A DNA stretch of 64,000 bases from Azolla caroliniana (taxonomy: Eukaryota; Plantae; Polypodiophyta): contig JBHGNT010000002.1 of the NCBI GenBank assembly GCA_043228905.1, positions 6,138,001 to 6,202,000 of the forward strand, read 5' to 3'. This document shows positions 57,401 through 64,000 of this stretch, in pieces. Below the pieces are notes generated by a model. It worked only from the letters and a program-made list of their open reading frames with translations. It did no database searches and was not told the DNA's origin. The position numbers and the translations under genes are program-made. The stretch's first letter is position 1, and each line of letters opens with the position of its first letter.

Positions 57401-59878
57401 AGTCCCGACCGGCAAGGGACCGGTTAACACTCGAAGACCCGGCCGAAGACGGTGAAGAAACAGAACCGGCCGAAGAAGATGAAAATGATACCGGAACCGG
57501 CCCCGATCCCGAAATGGATTCGGATGAAGAAGAAGAATCGGAAGAACCGGTTACCGAAGCTCCCGAACGGAGATATCCTCTAAGAGAGAGAAGGGCCCCC
57601 CGGAGATTTCCGGAACCAGAGCACGTGCTGCTAACCGACGAGGGGGAGCCGGAGAGCTTTGAAGAAGCAAAGCACGACACCCAGAGCCGCAGGTGGTTAA
57701 GTGCCATGCAGGAGGAGATGGATTCCCTGCATGAGAACCACACATATGAACTTGTGGAGCTGCCGAAAGGAAAGCGGGCACTTCGAAACAAGTGGGTGTT
57801 CAAGCTGAAACCGGGAGATGCCGGAAACCCCCAGAGATACAAAGCCAGGATCGTGGTGAAGGGGTTCCAGCAGAAGAAGGGCGTCGACTTCGACGAGATA
57901 TTTGCCCCGGTAGTGAAGATGACCTCTATCCGGACGGTGCTGAGCATAGCGGCAAGCATGGACCTCGAGGTAGAACAGATGGACGTGAAGACGGCATTCC
58001 TTCACGGTGACCTCGAAGAAGAGATCTACATGCAGCAACCGGAAGGATTCGAGAAGAAAGGGAAGGAGCACCTGGTATGCCGGTTGAAGAAGAGCCTTTA
58101 CGGACTGAAGCAGGCTCCCCGGCAATGGTACCGGAAGTTCGACTCCTTCATGACCGACGAAGGGTACCTCAAAACGCAGTCCGACGATTGCGTGTTTGTG
58201 AAGAAGTTCGAAGGAGGAGACTCTCTAATACTCCTCCTGTACGTGGACGACATGTTGATCGTCGGACGGGACTAGGTCAAGATACGGATGCTGAAGAAGG
58301 CTCTTCACCGAACCTTCTCAATGAAGGACCTGGGTCCGGCGAGGCAAATACTAGGGATGCACATCATCCGGAACCGGAAGAAGAAGCAGTTGTGGCTGTC
58401 ACAGGAGAAGTACGTGACGAAGGTGCTTCACCGGTTCAACATGTCGGAAGCAAGACCGGTCGGGTCAACCCTACCGGCAAACTGCAAGCTGTCCAGCAAG
58501 CAAAGTCCCAAGACAAAGGCTGAAAAGGAGGATATGATGAAAGTGCCGTATGCCTCAGCCGTCGGGAGCTTGATGTACGCCATGGTGTGTACGAGACCGG
58601 ACATCGGATATGCAGTCGGAGTGGTGAGCCGGTACATGAGCAATCCCGGCAAAGAGCATTGGAACGCGGCCAAGTGGATACTCCGATACCTGAAGGGCAC
58701 GGCAAACGTGTGCCTCCGATTCGGCTCCGGTAAGCCCGAACTCGACGGCTTCACCGATTCGGATATGTCGGCTGATGCAGATACCAGCCGGTCCACATCA
58801 GGGTATGTGATGACGTATGCAGGGGGAGCCGTTTCGTGGCAGTCGAGGCTGCAGAAGACGGTTGCGTTGTCAACCACGGAGGCGGAGTACATGGCGGCTG
58901 TTGAAGCCGGCAAGGAAATAATATGGATGAAGGACTTCATTAGAGAGCTTGGTATCCAGCAGGAGGAGTACCGACTCTACTGCGACAGTCAGAGTGCCAT
59001 CCACCTTGCGAAGAACGCGGCCTATCACTCCCGGACGAAGCACATCCAGCGAAGATATCACTGGATCCGGGAAAGGATAGAAGACAAGGAGTTCGTGCTG
59101 ACGAAGATCCACACGGACGAGAACGGGTCGGATATGCTGACCAAGGTGCTCACACCCGACAAGCTGGAAGCATGCCGGAAGAGGATCGGATTGGAGAGAC
59201 ATCCCATGCCGAAGTGAAGGGGGAGTTTGTTGGGATTTCGGTCCCTCCGGATGGGATGTCCGGAGATGAATGACGGCAAGCCCGGAGGCTGTTACGGAAC
59301 CGTAGGATGAAGAGTACCCGGCATGAAGCCGGATGAAGAGTACCCGGTTACGGAGCCGGATGCTGTAGACCCCGGCTACGGAGCCGGATGACGAAGACCC
59401 GGCTACGGAGCCGGATGATGAATGTACCCGGAGAGAGATCCGGATGCGGGGACATATTTGTGAATATGTTTGCCAAGGGCCCTTGTGGTTATATTTGTAA
59501 ATGGCCCGAAAAGTCATATGTGTATAAATATGACTTAGGGCAAACAGTTTAGTTGTTGCTTAATTTTTCATGCGAAGTGAGAGCAGCCGAGAGAGAGAAA
59601 GAGAGAGAGACGAAGAGGTCGTTGCCTCTGTGTATTGCCGCCGCCTGTGGCGAAGACAGTGAGCTCAAGGTTGTTGCCTTGTAGCTTCACCAGTGTACAT
59701 CCCTGTTCATAGTGATAGTTGGAGTTTGAGGACTCCCGTGGTTTTTCCCATTTAGGGTTTTTCCACGTAAAACATCCAGTGTACCTTTCTCTCTATTGTT
59801 TTTCGTGCATTGCAGTATTTCCCGTTTTCTGTGAATCGATCCTGTTCCTCGGTTGTGGCCGAGCACGGAATTTCAATA
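54459..59878 (+). mobile_element. Full-length, very young Ty1/Copia element H (sister of A)
   Basis: 651-bp LTRs 54459-55109 and 59228-59878 with no difference seen by eye, both ending TA; TSD ATACC at 54454-54458 and 59879-59883; PBS at 55113. Confidence 0.97.
55141..59217 (+). pseudogene. Copia H gag-pol with one in-frame TAG (58273-58275) in RT
   Basis: ORFs 55141-58275 and 58288-59217 share a frame; the codon is CAG in element A. Confidence 0.93.
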
Positions 59879-62800
59879 ATACCGAAGTATGCGTTGCGCA
59901 CACTGAAGGTGCTCCTCGGTAGGTCGCGCCATGAACTGACTGATCACTCCGACCGGATAACTGAGGTCAGGTCGGGTGATGGTCAAGTATATGAGGCTTC
60001 CAACAATTTGTCGAAACCTCGTCGGGTCGCATACCTTTCCCGTATCGGGACGAAGCTTGACGGTTCTGTCCAGGGGAGTCGAGACGGACTTACAGTCGGC
60101 CATCCCAAATTTGAAGAGCATACTCAGCACGTAATGACGTTGGCTGATCAATATGCCTTCGGGGGTACGGATCACTTCGATCCCGAGGAAGTAATGAAGG
60201 TCCCCCAGATCCTTCATGTCGAACGATGCCGCAAGCTAGAGCTTCACGCGGTCGATTTCACCTAGGTCGGTGCCGGTGATGACCAAGTCATCAACATATA
60301 GTAAAATACTAACCGGTCTGAGTCGACCTTTCCAGATGAACAGGGAAGAGTCTGATTTTGACGTGACGAAGCCCATCCAACGCAGTTGTTGCGTGATCTT
60401 CGCGTTCCAGGCACGCGGGGCTTGCTTCAGTCCGTAAAGGGACTTCTTCAGTCGGCATACTGCCGAGGAGTTCGTTCCGGAGTGAAAACCGGGGGGTTGT
60501 ACCATGTACACTTGTTCCTCAAGGTCACCTTGTAGGAACGCATTCTTTACATCCATCTGATGTAAGTGCCACCCCTTCACCGCAACTACTGCGAGCAAAA
60601 CACGGACGGTCGTCATTTTCGCGACCGGCGCAAACGTCTCATCGTAGTCGATGCCGTGTTTCTGTGCATAGCCCTTTGCCACTAGCCGAGCCTTGTACCG
60701 GTTGACCGAGCCATCAGTGTTGTACTTGACCTTGTACACCCACCTACACCCGATCAGTTTAACCCCTTTTGGTGCGTCAACCAGGTCCCAGGTCTCATTC
60801 TCCGCCAATGCGTGCATCTCTTCCTCCATCGCGGCACGCCAATTCGCGTCTTTAGCCGCTTCTACGTAGCTCTCCGGCTCACGCACTTCCGCTACACGGG
60901 TCATGTACGCATAATGATGCGCCATGTACTCGTTGTATCCGAACCGCAAAACAAGATTCTTCTGGCGGGTAGATCGGCGTAATCTCACATTAGCCGATGT
61001 CGAGGCCTTCTCGGTCGACGCGGACTTCACTTTTAAAGACCCGTCACCGGTTCCCTCGGAGTCGGACTCGCGTCAGTCTGACTCGTTCTTATCCGTGCCG
61101 GAATCCGACACCTTCTTCTTCCCTTTCTCTTTGCGCATAAGCCGTCTCCTCGGCTTCCTGCGCGGGGAATGCACGGCCAAGTTTCCACTACTAGCCGGCT
61201 CTTCATCAGACTGGTCGTACCGACTCAGTCGTCCAATTGGTCCACTTAAACAGAGTGAAATCAGACTCTCTTCGCGGGTCTCGATTTCGGGCTCATCCAG
61301 AGGCATCTCAGCCTCGTTGACCTCATCGTCAGAGCTCGGATTGGAGTCGGGGTTTGGAGTCGGGGGCTGGTACCAAGACGCGGACTCGTCAAACACAACG
61401 TCGCGGCTAACACGCGCTTGTTTGGTGCGAGGGTTATAGCACTTATAACCCTTTTGCTTGTCCGAGTAACTGACCAAGATGCATTTCTCGGCCTTTGCGT
61501 CCAACTTCCTCCTTTTCTCCTTCGGTACATGCACATACGCAATGCTACCGAACACCCTCAAGTGTCGCAAGTTCGACTTCGTTCCGAAATATAGCTCGTG
61601 CGCCGACACTTTGTCTCTGATCTGGTTCTGGATGTATACCACGGTCCTTACCGCCTCGGCCCAGTAGAACTTGGGCAAGCTCTTCTCCTCCAGCATTGCC
61701 CGTGCCGCTTCCACAACTGACCGATTCTTCCTCTCGGCCACGCCGTTCTGCTCAGGCGTGTATCTACAACTGAATTCGCGAAGAATTCCCATTTATTGTA
61801 GATAACCGTTGAATTGACCAGAAAAGTACTCTTTCCCGCCATCCGACCGCATGCACTTGATCTTTCGTCCCGTTTCCGTTTCCACAAACCCTTTGAGGTC
61901 CCGGAAACAGTCGAAGACTTTGCTCTTCCTCTCAATGAGGTAGATCCACGTGTGCCGCGTGTGGTCGTCGATGAAGGAGACGAAATATCGACTCCCGCCA
62001 AGACTAACGTTTTGTGCCGGCCCCCATACATCGGAGTGTATAAGGTCGAGCTTGTTCCAGCTCCGGTTTCGCTCGTTGGGAAAAGGAAGTCAGTGTTGCT
62101 TCCCGAGCTAGCAGGCTTCACAAATTTGTGCCTTTCGGCCACTAAATTTGGGCAATCCGAACACTACCTGTTTCGATTGCAGATCTTGAAGCCGTTGGTA
62201 GTTGACGTGGCCTATCCGCTTGTGCCAAAAGTCGATGTCCGACTCGGCTTTTTGTCCCTTCGCGAACATTGCGGTGCCGCCGTCAGTGGAATCGAGGATG
62301 AACATCCTCCCGTCTCTGCGCCCTTGCGCAATCACACGGCCTTCTTCCTCAATGAAGCACCTGAGGTGTGTAAACCGAACCTCCGTCCCTTGGTCGACGA
62401 TCTGTCCGACCGAGACCAAGTTCTTCGTGATTGTCGGAACGTGCAACACGTTCATGAGTTTCCCTTTCTGCCCGACGTGGCTAAGGGGAACTTCTCCGAC
62501 ATTCGCGATCGGATGCGGAGTGTCGTCTCCAGTTGCGACTACTCCAGGTTGTATCGGTTTTTCAAGGTACGAGAACCACTCCTTATGGCTCGTCATGTGG
62601 TTTGACGCGCCGGAGTCTACATACCACACCTCGTCCGATCTCGGGGTGGTCCGTTTCATTGAGTTTGCTTCGTGTCTCGTCACGAAGGCAGACCCTTCTC
62701 CAGCTCTCCCGGAGTCTTCGGCATAGTGCGATCACTGCCGATTTCCCTTGTCGGTATGTCCAGAGCCGTTTCCAGAACCGGTTCTCTCCGAATCGGCGCG

Positions 62801-63623
62801 CTTCTTCCAGCACTCACTTTCCCTGTGGCCTTTCTTGCCACAGTACCAGCACTCCGCGATGGCCTTCCCTTGCCGGTTCTCATCGCTTCGACTCCCCTTG
62901 TTTCCGGAGGGTCCAGAGTTGCTGTCGGCATCACTTAGGTGCCTTCTTCCTTGATCTCATCGTCCGCCTCCATTGCGCACTGACTCGCCTCGTCCTCCAC
63001 GTCCACGGGGCCTATCTCCCTCCGTGTACAGCATTCTGTTGTCAGTGGGCGTGCTTGTAGACGCACCCACGTGGTTCTCCTCTACCAGGAGCATTGACTG
63101 TAAGTCGAAAAAGGACGGCATATTCTCCCGGGTACACACAGCCGTTCAGAACACTCCGAACTTCGACGCCAAACCTCCGAGACAGATCTGGACCATCTCG
63201 CTCTCCTCGATGTTCACCTCTATGGAGGCGAGGGAGTCGCAGATATCCTTGATCTTCGAGGTATAGTCCGCCACCGACAAGTCGCGTTGTCGTAGGTTGC
63301 TCAACTCCTGTCGGAGTTGAAGCTTCCTGGTTGTGGTGCTCGCGGCGAAAATCTTCTTCAGATTTTCCCACGCACCCTTCGGCGTCTTTGCATCCCGAAC
63401 ATAGCTCAATAGTTGTTCGCCCACACACGACGCGAAGCAGTATAATACCCTGCTCGCTGATTGCTCCCACGACGGGAAGTCTCTATGTGTCAATTCGGGC
63501 CGCGTCATTAGCTCCTTCAACATAACTCCAGTAGCCGTGTCCGAGCAGGTACTGGTGCATCTTGTAGGACCAAGACGCGTAGTTGGTTCTGTCGAGCTTC
63601 TCTGTTGGAAGCGAGCTCGCCAT
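59879..63623 (-). pseudogene. Copia G gag-PR-INT-RT (several stops and frameshifts)
   Basis: [43 protein letters not shown] and LYVDDL motifs. Confidence 0.92.
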
Positions 63624-63802
63624 GCCTCTATCCATCGTTCTTCTTGTTCTTCTTCGTCAAGCTATGTCGGCTGCAGAGAGGTTCTCAACCCTCGCGCTCT
63701 GATACCATGTAAAAAGTAGCGTGCGGAAGCAAGTATGAAGACCGAACAGAAGGAAGAAAACGCAGGTTTAATGGAGAGCTTGAGCTTACGCAGTATACGC
63801 GG

Positions 63803-63834
<32 letters not shown>

Positions 63835-64000
63835 ACACAAGAACTATATTCAACAAAAAATACTCAATCTCTATTCACCACGCTATACATATGTGTGTTC
63901 AATGAACACTTTTATAGAAGTCCTAGAAGGACTGACCGAAGTACTAACAGTACTTCAATGCTCATTAAGAGCTCCTACACTAACTCCCAAATATATTCCT

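Larger units (their letters stand above)
52509..64000 (-). mobile_element. Ty1/Copia element G (C family); its 5' LTR runs off the right edge
   Basis: 3' LTR 52509-52957; 5' LTR from 63708; PBS complement GCTCTGATACCA 63696-63707; PPT complement CTCCCCCTCAAG at 52958. Confidence 0.93.

Overview
This window is a gene-free nest of plant retrotransposons; no host genes or RNA genes were seen. The lineage mix suggests a non-seed plant (inference). Nearly every boundary can be resolved by target-site duplications (TSDs). An old minus-strand Copia is split by a degenerate Tcn1/Tf1-like chromovirus (2350-39672, TSD GTCCT). That chromovirus holds Copia A (5077-10589), Copia B (10781-16253) and Copia C (16530-37283). 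Copia C holds an RTE-X/L2-like LINE (~19102-22880) and a tRNA-Trp-primed Gypsy D (22949-37256), and D holds Gypsy E (26554-33608). Further right are decayed Copia fragments, a non-autonomous Trp-primed element F (46661-52028), and Copia G (52509 to beyond the window). G carries a solo LTR and a very young Copia H. There are four main findings. (1) The LINE ORF1 and ORF2 are in frame, separated only by AAA-TAG-GGA, and ORF2 has no ATG before the endonuclease. The 18 nt just after the stop are complementary to the 3' UTR 3.4 kb away, resembling tombusvirus long-range readthrough. (2) Gypsy E has INVERTED LTRs yet is flanked by a perfect 5-bp TSD. (3) Gypsy D has a slippery heptamer plus pseudoknot -1 frameshift signal after its protease. 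(4) The outer chromovirus has a self-priming (tRNA-free) PBS. All comparisons were made by eye and coordinates may be off by a few bases.
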